A stretch of 32,000 bases of DNA, from contig NC_017081.1 in assembly GCF_000284115.1 (NCBI RefSeq), forward strand, positions 1 through 32,000, given 5' to 3'. Shown one piece after another: positions 17,078 through 25,967 of this stretch (its first letter is position 1; the number at the start of each line of letters is the position of its first letter). Source of the stretch: Phycisphaera mikurensis NBRC 102666 (lineage in GTDB: Bacteria; Planctomycetota; Phycisphaerae; Phycisphaerales; Phycisphaeraceae). Below the pieces are notes generated by a model that saw only the letters and a program-made list of their open reading frames with translations, made no database searches and was not told where the DNA came from. The translations under genes and the position numbers were made by a program.

Positions 17078-17243
17078 TCAAGCCCACGCCGACTCCGCCC
17101 GCTTCATCGCGATCCGCTTCGCGGTGTAGAACAGCACCGGGTAGAGCAGAAGCTCCGCGACGAAGCTGGTGGTCAGCCCGCCGGGCGTGGGCGCGGCGAG
17201 CCGCTGCACCGTGCTGGCGCTGACGCGGGTGGCGATCGCCTCG
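17078..17243 (-). pseudogene. Truncated C-terminus of a CusA-like RND pump
   Basis: Encodes TVQRLAAPTPGGLTTSFVAELLLYPVLFYTAKRIAMKRAESAWA*, near-identical to the C-terminus of the intact pump at 20066 (DTMQRLAAPMIGGLATSFVAELLLYPVLFYSAKRIAMKRDAS*). Confidence 0.88.
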
Positions 17244-17251
17244 GGTGCGTC

Positions 17252-18187
17252 TCAGAAGCTCAGCCGCACGCCTGCGACCACTTCGAAGCGGTCGGCGGAG
17301 CCGCCCTCGGCCGCGATGATGTCGGCGGTGTTGCCGCTGGCGAAGCTGTAGCGGAGTCCTGCGTAGGGCGCCACCTCCCGGCGGGACTCGTAACGCAGAC
17401 GCAGCCCGAGGCTGGTGTTGGAGAGACCGGCACCCAGCCCGCGCTCGCGGTTGTCCTGCGCCTCCAGCCGCACCTCCGCCCGCGGCTGAAGCACAAGACG
17501 CTGGGTGATCCGCACGTCATAGGACGTCGTCAGCCGGAAGGAGACATCGGCGTCCTCGGAGAGAAACGCGCTGGCGTCGACCTCGAAGAGCCCGGGCGCA
17601 AGCCCCTGCACCGCGAGGGCGAGCGAGTACGTGTCGTCGTACACGCCGGGTGCCCAGGCGTTGGCGTACTGAAGCCCGGCCTGCGCGGACCAGAACGGCG
17701 TGACCAGGTAGGAGTACAGCACGTCGGTCTCGCTCTCGCCCTCGTCGGGACCTTCGAAGCCAGCCCCGCCCTCGGCCTTGACCACCAGCTTGTGGTAGTC
17801 GCCGCCGACCCAGTAGAGCGCGTCCCAGCCGAGCGTGTCGGGGCCGCCGTCGTCGATCCGCCACTCGAGTTGCTCGACGAGGAGCAGGTCGTAGATCTGG
17901 CTGTCCATCACCGGGAGGTGGTACTCGGTGGGCGGGTCGCCCGCGGCGGCGTCGAGTACCTCGTCAAGGGTCAGGCCTGTAGGCAGCGGCGGGTCGAGCC
18001 ACTCGCCGGCGGTGGCCGGTGCGGGCGGGGACGTGGTCTCCGCCGATGGCGCCCCGGGCGTCTCTAACATCGGCATGCTCATCGTGTGCTCCGGCTCGGG
18101 TTGTGCCCGAAGAACGGGCGCCAGGAGAAGGAGCAGCGCCGCGGCGAGGGCGTGACGCGCGGTGAAGCGGGGATCAGGACTTCGCAT
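17252..18187 (-). CDS. copB: Copper resistance protein B
   Basis: YWVGGDYHKLVVKAEGG...SETDVLYSYLVTPFWSAQAGLQY...VAPYAGLRYSF; signal peptide; overlaps copA stop. Confidence 0.93.
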   Translation of the reverse strand: MRSPDPRFTARHALAAALLLLLAPVLRAQPEPEHTMSMPMLETPGAPSAETTSPPAPATAGEWLDPPLPTGLTLDEVLDAAAGDPPTEYHLPVMDSQIYDLLLVEQLEWRIDDGGPDTLGWDALYWVGGDYHKLVVKAEGGAGFEGPDEGESETDVLYSYLVTPFWSAQAGLQYANAWAPGVYDDTYSLALAVQGLAPGLFEVDASAFLSEDADVSFRLTTSYDVRITQRLVLQPRAEVRLEAQDNRERGLGAGLSNTSLGLRLRYESRREVAPYAGLRYSFASGNTADIIAAEGGSADRFEVVAGVRLSF

Positions 18188-20045
18188 CTTGCGCCTCCCC
18201 TTCCAGGCTGCGGACGACGGCGACGGTGCGGAACATGCCGACCTCCATGTGGTAGAGCAGGTGGCAGTGGAAGGCCCAGTGGCCCGGGGCGTCGGCGGTT
18301 ACGTCGATGCTGAGCAGCTCGGCGGGCTGCACGATCGTGGTGTGCTTCCGCGGGATCTTGTCGTAGGGCTGGCCGTTGTGCAGGTCGCTCCACATCCCAT
18401 GCAGGTGCATGGGGTGAGGCATCATCGTGTCGTTCACGTAGTTGATGCGGAGCCGCTCCCCGTAGACGAAGCGGATCATCTCGCTCTGGGACCACTTCTT
18501 CCCGTCGATGCCCCAGATGTACCGGCCCATGTTGCCGGTGAGGTGCAGCGTCATCTCCCGCGTGGGCGGCCGCCGGTCGGCGGGGGTTTCCACGCACCGC
18601 AGGTCGGCGTAGGTGAGCACCCGCCAGCCATCGGAGCCCAGCCCGGTGCCCGGTTCGGCGGAGCGGCGGTAGGCGACCATCGCGACCGTCGAGTTCCCGG
18701 CCCCGTGCTCGTCGGGCCCGTGCATCACTTCGTCCGGGAGGTTCTCGACCGGGAGCGTGCCCCCGCCCCCGCCCCCGCCCCCGGGCATCTCCATCCCGCT
18801 CATGTCGCCGCCCCCGCCCCCGGGCATGTCCATCCCCGCCATGCCTCCGGGCCCGTCCATGCCCTTCATGCCCATGTCCGCCATGGTCAGCATGGCCCGC
18901 TCCCGCCGCGCGGGCAGCGGCCCAGCCCGGCCGGGGTCGGTGCCAATCGTCGCCCGGGCGAAGCCGCTGCGGTCGGCGCTCTCGCAGAAGAGCGTGAGCG
19001 GCCCCGCGCCCGCCGAGGCCGGGGGCACGGTGAAGAGCACGTCATAGGTCTCGGCCACGCCGATGCGGAACTCGGATACCTCCACCGGCTCGACGCCGTG
19101 GCCGTCGGCCCCGACGACCGTGAGCGGGAGCGGAAGCAGCGCACCGTCCGCGGACCCGACCACCCGGACGTCGAAAAAGGTCATCGCCGAGGCATTCGCC
19201 ACCCGCAGCCGGACCCGCTGGCCAGGCCGCACCCGGAGGAAGCCCCCGTCGTCGGGTCCGCGTCCGTTGACCAGGTACGTGTAGATCGAGCCGGTGACGT
19301 CGGCGAGGTCCGTGGGGTCCATCCGCATCTTCTGGAAGGACCAGCGGACCCCGAGCACCTCCGGGATCGACCGATCCTCGCGGCGGGCCTGGTTGCTCAG
19401 GTTCGCCAGCGTCGGCTTCTGGAAGTTGTAGTACCCCTCCTTGGTCTTGAGGTTGTCGAGCACGCGGTGGGGGTCTTCGAAGGTCCAGTCCGAGAGAACG
19501 ACAGGGTGCTCCACGTCGGCGGGCTCCGAGGCGTCCGGCCCCTCGGGCTCGACGACGATCATCCCGTAGTGGCCCACCTGCTCCTGCAGCTCGGTGTGGC
19601 TGTGGTACCAGTAGGTCCCGGCCTGGCGGACCGGGAAGCGGACCTCGAAGGTCGTGCCCGGGTCGATCCCCGCGTAGCTGATGCCCGGCACGCCGTCCAT
19701 CGTGTAGGGGACGATGAGCCCGTGCCAGTGGACCGAGGTCAATTCCTCCAGCCCGTTGTGAACCCGGATGAGCGCCTCGGCCCCCTGCTTCATGCGGACG
19801 ATGGGCCCGGGAACGGCCCCGTTGAGCGAGATCGCTTCGGTCTGGGCGCCGGCGATCCTCAGGTGTTGCCGCGCGACGTAAAGGTCCGCCCCGCCGGGGG
19901 CGGAGGCGTCGATGGAGGGCAGCGCCGCGGAGGGTCGTGGAGCCGGAGCGGCGAAGAGCCGCGAGGGCGCGAAAGCCGCGACGCCGGCGAGGCCGACCGC
20001 GGATGTCACGAAGCGGCGGCGGCCGATGGGTGGGGGTTGAAGCAT
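18174..20045 (-). CDS. copA: CopA-family multicopper oxidase with Met-rich insert
   Basis: Tat-like RRRFVTSA leader; HWHG, YWYHSH, HPMHLHGMW, HCHLLYHMEVGM copper motifs; MADMGMKGMDGPGGMAGMDMPG insert. Confidence 0.96.
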   Translation of the reverse strand: MLQPPPIGRRRFVTSAVGLAGVAAFAPSRLFAAPAPRPSAALPSIDASAPGGADLYVARQHLRIAGAQTEAISLNGAVPGPIVRMKQGAEALIRVHNGLEELTSVHWHGLIVPYTMDGVPGISYAGIDPGTTFEVRFPVRQAGTYWYHSHTELQEQVGHYGMIVVEPEGPDASEPADVEHPVVLSDWTFEDPHRVLDNLKTKEGYYNFQKPTLANLSNQARREDRSIPEVLGVRWSFQKMRMDPTDLADVTGSIYTYLVNGRGPDDGGFLRVRPGQRVRLRVANASAMTFFDVRVVGSADGALLPLPLTVVGADGHGVEPVEVSEFRIGVAETYDVLFTVPPASAGAGPLTLFCESADRSGFARATIGTDPGRAGPLPARRERAMLTMADMGMKGMDGPGGMAGMDMPGGGGGDMSGMEMPGGGGGGGGTLPVENLPDEVMHGPDEHGAGNSTVAMVAYRRSAEPGTGLGSDGWRVLTYADLRCVETPADRRPPTREMTLHLTGNMGRYIWGIDGKKWSQSEMIRFVYGERLRINYVNDTMMPHPMHLHGMWSDLHNGQPYDKIPRKHTTIVQPAELLSIDVTADAPGHWAFHCHLLYHMEVGMFRTVAVVRSLEGEAQDAKS

Positions 20046-20065
20046 CGCTGTTTTCAGGTGAAGGG

Positions 20066-23000
20066 TCAGGAGGCGTCTCGCTTCATCGCGATCCGCTTGG
20101 CGGAGTAGAAGAGCACCGGGTAGAGCAGCAGCTCGGCGACGAAGCTGGTGGCGAGACCGCCGATCATCGGGGCGGCGAGGCGCTGCATCGTGTCGGAGCC
20201 GGCGCCGGTCGCGAAGAGCAGCGGCATCAGGCCGATGAAGGTGGTCATCACCGTCATCGTCTTGGGTCGGATCCGCTGGACGGCGCCGTCGTGGACGGCG
20301 TGCATCAGGTCGTCGGTCGTGTTCAGCCGGCCCTCGCGCTTGAAGCGCTCGTGGCTGTCGTCGAGGTAGAGCAGCATCACCAGGCCGGTCTCGGCGTCGA
20401 GCCCGGCGAGTGCGATGACGCCCACCCACACGGCCAGCGACATGTCGTAGCCGAGGAACCAGGTGAACCACGCGGCGCCGATCAGCGAGAAGGGCACGGC
20501 GAGCAGCACGATGCCCACCCGCAGCCAGCTCCGCGTGGCGACGAAGAGCAGGAGCAGGATCACCACCGCGGCCAGCGGGATCGCGAGTTGCAGCCGCTCC
20601 CGGGCGTCCTGCATGTACTCGTACTGGCCCGACCAGCGGACGGTGTAGCCCGGCGGCAGCTCCAGCCGCTCGGCCACGACGGCCTGCGCCGCCTCGACGA
20701 AGGTGCCGATGTCGGTGTCCTTGATGTCGACGTACACCCAGCTGGTCGGCCGGGCGTCCTCGCTCTTGATCATCGGCGGCCCACGCCGGATGACGACCTT
20801 GGCGAGCTGGCCCAGCGGGACCTGAGCGCCGCCGGGCGTGGCGACGAGCACCTTCTCCAGCGACTCGGGGTCGTCGCGCAGCTCCCGCGGGTAGCGGAGG
20901 CTCACCGGGTAGCGCTCCAGCCCCTCCACCGTGGAGGTGACGTTCATGCCGCCCACCGCGGTCATCACCACGTCCGCCAGGTCGCCCGAGGAGAGCCCGT
21001 AGCGGGCGATCGCCTCGCGGTCCACGTCCAGGTCGAGGTAGTTGCCCCCGACGGTCTTGTCCGGGAAGGCGCTGGCGAGCGTGGTGCGGGTCCGCTCGTC
21101 GGTCTTCAGGAGGTCGGCGACCTCGCCGGCCAGGTCCGAGAGCACGGTGAGGTCCGGGCCCATGATCTTCACGCCCACCGGCGTGCGGATGCCGGTGGAG
21201 AGCATGTCGATCCGGGTGCGGATCGGCATCGTCCAGGCGTTGGAGAGCCCGGGGATCTGCAGGGCGTCGTTCATGCCCGGGATGCGGAAGCCCCTGCCGC
21301 CCCGGTCGACGCCGAGCTGCGCGTCGGTGAGTTCGTACCCGTAGATCAGCTCGTCGGGGGTGATCGTCCGCGTGGGCGGCAGCAGCTTCGAGGGCGCCCA
21401 CGCCAGCCAGCCGGGCCAGCCGGAGTAGAAGCGCTCCACCGGCCGCTTCCGCCACGCCACCTCGTCGCGGTGGAGCGTGATCGTCGTCTCGAGCATCGAC
21501 ACCGGCGCCGGGTCGGTCGCGGTCTCGGCCCGGCCGATCTTCCCGAAGACGTGCTCGACCTCGGGGAAGGCGGCGATCAGCGCGTCGGTCTGCGCCAGCA
21601 GCTCGGTCGCCTTGGAGACGCTGATCCCCGGATCGGTGGTGGGCATGTACAGGAGGTCGCCCTCCTCCAGCGGCGGCATGAACTCCGAGCCCAGCTTCGA
21701 CCAGGGGTAGAGCGTGCTGCTCATCAGGAGCGCCGCGATCAGGATCGTCAGCGCCCGGTGCTTCATCGTGAAGCGGAAGAAGGGCTCGTAGGCGGCGCGG
21801 ATCACCCGGCTGATCGGGTTGTCGTCCTCGTTGGAGATCCGCTGCCGCGGGACGAGCAGGAGCACGGCCAGGGCGCCGCCGACCGCAACGAGCCAGCGGC
21901 TGTCCTCCAGCGCCCCCAGCGGGAGGAAGGCGAAGAGACCGAAGGTTCCCACCGCGCAGAGCGCCGCGACCCACTTCCGGGGGCCGCCCTCGCGGAGCGT
22001 GTACACCATCACCACCGGGATCAGCGTGACGGCCACGCCCGCGGCGGCGGCCATGGCGAAGGTCTTGGTGTACGCCAGCGGCTTGAAGAGCCGGCCGCTC
22101 TGGCCGTCGAGCACGAAGATCGGCAGGAAGCTGACCATGATGATCAGCAGCGAGAAGAACAGCGTGGGGCCGACCTCCGCCGAGGCGTCGGCGATCACCG
22201 ACGCGTGGCTGCGCGGCGGCTCGCCCGCCTCGCGCTGGTGGTGCTCTCGCTCCAGGTGCTTGTGCGCGTTCTCGACCATCACGATCGAGCTGTCCACCAT
22301 CACGCCGATCGAGATCGCGATGCCGCCCAGGCTCATGATGTTCGCGTTCAGGCCCAGCGCGTACATGACGCCCAGCGTGAGCAGCACCCCCGCGGGCAGC
22401 ACCAGCGCGGCGACCAGGGCGCTGCGGGCGTGCAGCAGGAAGATCAGGATGACGCAGCCGACCACGAGGATCTCCTCGGTCAGCGTCCCGGTGACGGTGT
22501 GGATCGCCCGCTCGATGAGGTCGCTACGGTCGTAGGCGACCTCGACCGCCACGCCGGGCGGCAGGCCCTCCTCCAGCTCGAAGAGCCGATCGCGGACGCG
22601 GCCGATCGTCGCCTGGGCGTTCTCGCCGAAGCGCATGATGACCACGCCGCCGGCGGTCTCGCCCTCCCCGTCCCACTCGGCGACGCCGCGGCGGATCTCC
22701 GGGCCGATGGCGACCTCGGCGACGTCGCGGAGGTAGATCGGAGCGCCGTCTTCGTTCGCCCCCAGCGAGATCGAGCGGAGGTCTTCGAGCACCCGGTCGG
22801 TCTGTTCCCGCCCCAGGGCGTCTTCCGCGGACCCCTCCGTGGGGTCTCCCGTGCCGAGGTAGCCGCGGCCGCGGACCATGAACTCGGTCTCGCCGCGCTC
22901 CACCACGCGGCCGCCTACATCGCGGTTGCTCCGCTGAATGGCCGCACGGACCTTGCCCAGCGGGAGCCCATACGCCAGCAGCCGGTTGGGGTCGACCGTC

Positions 23001-23758
23001 ACCTGGTACTGCTTCACGAAGCCGCCGATGGCGGCGACCTCGCTCACGCCCTGCACCGTCGTCAACTCGTAGCGGAGGTACCAGTCTTGGAGGCTCCGCA
23101 GCTCGGCGAGGCTCACGTCCGGCTTCGCCAGCGGCGAGCCGTCCAGCGGACAAACCTCCGCGTCGTGGTCGAAGACGCGAACCCGTTTGGTTTCGATCCC
23201 ATCGGGCTTCTCCGCAAACCACTCCGCCTCGCCCCCGTGAGCACCGTCCGCTCTCCAGAGGCCATCGGGGTGGTCCGGGCACCAGGGCCCGGTGGTGAGC
23301 ACGTACTGGTAGACCCAGCCCACGGCGGTCGCGTCGGGACCGAGCTGGGGCGACACCCCCTCGGGCAGCCGGGCGTTCACCACCGAGAGCTGCTCGAGCA
23401 CGCGGCTGCGGGCCCAGTACAGGTCCGTCCCGTCGGCGAAGATGATGTAGACGAAGCTCGTGCCGAACATCGAGTACCCGCGCACGACCTGGGCGTCGGG
23501 CACCGCGAGCATCGCGGTCGTCAGGGGGTAGGTCACCTGGTCCTGCACGATCCCCGGGGCCTGTCCCGGGAACTCGGTCCGCACGACCACCTGCACGTCG
23601 GAGAGGTCCGGCAGCGCATCGACGGTGATGTGCCGCGCGGCGTACACGCCGCCCACGGCGGTGATCGCGGCGAGCAGCAACACGAGCAGGCGGTTGGCCA
23701 CGCAGGCGCGGATCAGCTTCGCGGTGAAGCCTTCCCTGGCGTTGGGGTCAGCGAGCAT
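20066..23758 (-). CDS. cusA: CusA/CzcA family heavy-metal RND efflux pump
   Basis: 1230 aa; ALPDLSDVQVVVRTEFPGQAPGIVQDQVTYPLT, GIAISIGVMVDSSIVMVENAHKHLE, DAETGLVMLLYLD, full-length RND topology. Confidence 0.96.
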   Translation of the reverse strand: MLADPNAREGFTAKLIRACVANRLLVLLLAAITAVGGVYAARHITVDALPDLSDVQVVVRTEFPGQAPGIVQDQVTYPLTTAMLAVPDAQVVRGYSMFGTSFVYIIFADGTDLYWARSRVLEQLSVVNARLPEGVSPQLGPDATAVGWVYQYVLTTGPWCPDHPDGLWRADGAHGGEAEWFAEKPDGIETKRVRVFDHDAEVCPLDGSPLAKPDVSLAELRSLQDWYLRYELTTVQGVSEVAAIGGFVKQYQVTVDPNRLLAYGLPLGKVRAAIQRSNRDVGGRVVERGETEFMVRGRGYLGTGDPTEGSAEDALGREQTDRVLEDLRSISLGANEDGAPIYLRDVAEVAIGPEIRRGVAEWDGEGETAGGVVIMRFGENAQATIGRVRDRLFELEEGLPPGVAVEVAYDRSDLIERAIHTVTGTLTEEILVVGCVILIFLLHARSALVAALVLPAGVLLTLGVMYALGLNANIMSLGGIAISIGVMVDSSIVMVENAHKHLEREHHQREAGEPPRSHASVIADASAEVGPTLFFSLLIIMVSFLPIFVLDGQSGRLFKPLAYTKTFAMAAAAGVAVTLIPVVMVYTLREGGPRKWVAALCAVGTFGLFAFLPLGALEDSRWLVAVGGALAVLLLVPRQRISNEDDNPISRVIRAAYEPFFRFTMKHRALTILIAALLMSSTLYPWSKLGSEFMPPLEEGDLLYMPTTDPGISVSKATELLAQTDALIAAFPEVEHVFGKIGRAETATDPAPVSMLETTITLHRDEVAWRKRPVERFYSGWPGWLAWAPSKLLPPTRTITPDELIYGYELTDAQLGVDRGGRGFRIPGMNDALQIPGLSNAWTMPIRTRIDMLSTGIRTPVGVKIMGPDLTVLSDLAGEVADLLKTDERTRTTLASAFPDKTVGGNYLDLDVDREAIARYGLSSGDLADVVMTAVGGMNVTSTVEGLERYPVSLRYPRELRDDPESLEKVLVATPGGAQVPLGQLAKVVIRRGPPMIKSEDARPTSWVYVDIKDTDIGTFVEAAQAVVAERLELPPGYTVRWSGQYEYMQDARERLQLAIPLAAVVILLLLFVATRSWLRVGIVLLAVPFSLIGAAWFTWFLGYDMSLAVWVGVIALAGLDAETGLVMLLYLDDSHERFKREGRLNTTDDLMHAVHDGAVQRIRPKTMTVMTTFIGLMPLLFATGAGSDTMQRLAAPMIGGLATSFVAELLLYPVLFYSAKRIAMKRDAS

Positions 23759-25967
23759 CGGCGGCTCCTTCGGGGAGGGTGCGGAGCACGGTGCCGCAGG
23801 TGAGCATGGAGGGGTCGTACGGGTTGCGAATGGCGGAGCCGGCCTGCAGCCAGTCCTTGTCGACCATCGGGCAGTGGGCGACCGCGAGCGGGCCGATGCC
23901 CGCGGGCGCGGCCGCCTCGAAGAGCGCGACGGCGGCCAGCGACAGCTCCTCGAAGGCGCCGCGGACCGTGGCCGGATCCGCGTCCGCGGGCACGCGGTCC
24001 GCGGGCACGCGGTCCGCGGCTTCGGCCACGGCGGCGGCCAGCTCGGCGGTGCGGCCGCCCGCCTCCGCGGCGAGCGAGCGGGCGGCGTCCGCGACGGCAG
24101 CGGCGCCCGCGGGTTCGTTGCGGGTGAGGTTCTCCTGGAGGCGGAGGAAGGCCTCCGCCACCGGCCGCACGGCCTCGCCGGCCGCCGGAGCGGACGCGGC
24201 GCCGGCCCCCGGGGCCGCGGGCGCCGGGAGCGTCCGCAGCACCGAACCGCAGGTGAGCATCGACGGGTCGTAAGGGTTCCGGATCGCCTCGCCGACCTGC
24301 AGCCAGTTCTTCTCGACCATTGGGCAGTAAGACACGGCGTACGGCCCCTCGCCCGAGGGGGTCGGAGGCGCGGCCTCGAAGAGGTCCACCACCGTCAGCG
24401 AGAGCGCGTCGAAGCCGCCGCGGACCGCGGCGAGGTCCGCGCCCGCGGGTACGCGGTCCGCGGCTCCGCGGACGGCGGCGGCGAGGCCCGCCACCGGTGC
24501 GTCCGCGGCGTCGGCCACCGCACCGGCGGCCTCGGCGATTGGTCCCAACCCCGAAGCCTCCCCGCGGATGAGGCCGGCCTGCACAGTGAGGTACGCCCCG
24601 GCCAGCCGGTCGAGCTCCGCCTGCACCGCGGCGGAGACGGTGTTCGGTGCCCGGGCGTCCATCGAACCCATCGCGGGGGAGGCCGGCGCCGCCGACGCGG
24701 ACGTGCCGCCGCCGGGGTCGACCATGCGTGCGAGCGACGAGCGGACGCTCGCCTCGCTGTCGAGCAGGAACTGCCCGCTGGTCACCACGTCCTCGCCGGG
24801 CTCGAGGCCAGACGAGACCACCACCCGGCCCTCGGCCACGCCGGCGGCGGTTTCCACCTCGCGGGGCTCGAAGCGTCCCCCGCCCTTGGCGACGAAGACC
24901 AGCTCGCGGGTGCCGGTCTTAACCACCGCCTCCCGCGGCGCGAGCACCGCCTCCTCCTGCGCGGTGTGGCGGATCGTCACGTCCGCGAACATCCCCGGCT
25001 TGATCCGGTTCTGCGGGTTCTCGAAGGCCACGCGGGCCCGCACGGCCCGGGTCCGCGGGTCGAGCGTCGGGTCGATGAAGGACAGCTCGCCCTCGAAGGT
25101 CTCGCCGGGCAGACCGGTGACCGTCATGATGGCGGGCTGGCCGACCTCCACGCTGCCCAGCTGCGACTCGTAGAGCGTGACCTGCACCCACACGGTGGAG
25201 AGGTCGACGATGCGGAAGACCCGCATCCCCGGCTCGACGTTCATCCCCTCGTTGGCGTTCTTCTGGGTGACGGTCCCGGTGGCGGGGCTGACGATGGGCA
25301 CGTTCCGCTCTGTGACGCCCGCTTCCTGCAACGCCTCGATCTGGGATTCTGTGAGCCCCAGGTTCAGCAGCCGGTCGCGGGCGGAGCCCAGCAGCGGGTC
25401 GTCGGCGGGGGCGGAGCCGCCGTCCACCGCCAGCAGGAACTCCTCCGCCGCCGCGTACAGCTGCGGCGAGTAGAGCGTGAACAGCTCGTCGCCGGCCTCG
25501 ACCTCCGCCCCCTCGTAGTCGACGAAGAGGTCGACGATCCAGCCCGAGACACGCAGGTTGACGTCGTGCACGTTGGGCTCGGCGACTCCCACCGTGCCGA
25601 CGGTGCGGAGGGTCTGCACGGCGGGCCCACGCACCACAGGAGTTGTGCGGACGCCGATGTTCTGCACGACCACCGGGTCGATCGCAATCTCACCGGCGAG
25701 CTTCGCGGGGTCGATGGGCTCGAGCTTCATCCCGCAGATCGGGCAGTTGCCCGGCTCGGTGGTGATGATCCAGGGGTGCATGCCCGACTGGTAGAGCGTC
25801 ACGCCGCCGGCGGAACCCCCGGCCTCGCCGGCGTCCCCGGCTTTGGGTTGTCCGTCTGGCGACACCGCGTCGCCGGCGGCGGAGAAGGCGCCGCGGATCG
25901 GGCCGGCGGCGAAGACGCCGACGAGCACCAGCGCCGCGGCGGCGAGCAGGAGGAGGAAGGTCTTCAT
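23748..25967 (-). CDS. cusB: CusB-like periplasmic adaptor with N-terminal heavy-metal-binding segment and two C-terminal DUF3347-like units
   Basis: YQSGMHPWIITTEPGNCPICGMKLEP; membrane-fusion core; two copies of xCPMVxKxWLQxGxAIRNPYDPSMLTCGxVLRTLP. Start at ATG 25967 (MKTFLLLL). Confidence 0.93.
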   Translation of the reverse strand: MKTFLLLLAAAALVLVGVFAAGPIRGAFSAAGDAVSPDGQPKAGDAGEAGGSAGGVTLYQSGMHPWIITTEPGNCPICGMKLEPIDPAKLAGEIAIDPVVVQNIGVRTTPVVRGPAVQTLRTVGTVGVAEPNVHDVNLRVSGWIVDLFVDYEGAEVEAGDELFTLYSPQLYAAAEEFLLAVDGGSAPADDPLLGSARDRLLNLGLTESQIEALQEAGVTERNVPIVSPATGTVTQKNANEGMNVEPGMRVFRIVDLSTVWVQVTLYESQLGSVEVGQPAIMTVTGLPGETFEGELSFIDPTLDPRTRAVRARVAFENPQNRIKPGMFADVTIRHTAQEEAVLAPREAVVKTGTRELVFVAKGGGRFEPREVETAAGVAEGRVVVSSGLEPGEDVVTSGQFLLDSEASVRSSLARMVDPGGGTSASAAPASPAMGSMDARAPNTVSAAVQAELDRLAGAYLTVQAGLIRGEASGLGPIAEAAGAVADAADAPVAGLAAAVRGAADRVPAGADLAAVRGGFDALSLTVVDLFEAAPPTPSGEGPYAVSYCPMVEKNWLQVGEAIRNPYDPSMLTCGSVLRTLPAPAAPGAGAASAPAAGEAVRPVAEAFLRLQENLTRNEPAGAAAVADAARSLAAEAGGRTAELAAAVAEAADRVPADRVPADADPATVRGAFEELSLAAVALFEAAAPAGIGPLAVAHCPMVDKDWLQAGSAIRNPYDPSMLTCGTVLRTLPEGAADAR

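Noticed and set aside
18174-21974. 1266-aa minus-strand ORF read as a single protein
   Set aside because: Only the part from 20045 downwards is CopA; the upstream half overlaps cusA out of frame and is low-complexity.
19937-23803. 1288-aa plus-strand ORF (and other very long overlapping frames)
   Set aside because: Antisense to cusA; sequence is R/H/A/G/P-rich frame noise typical of high-GC DNA.
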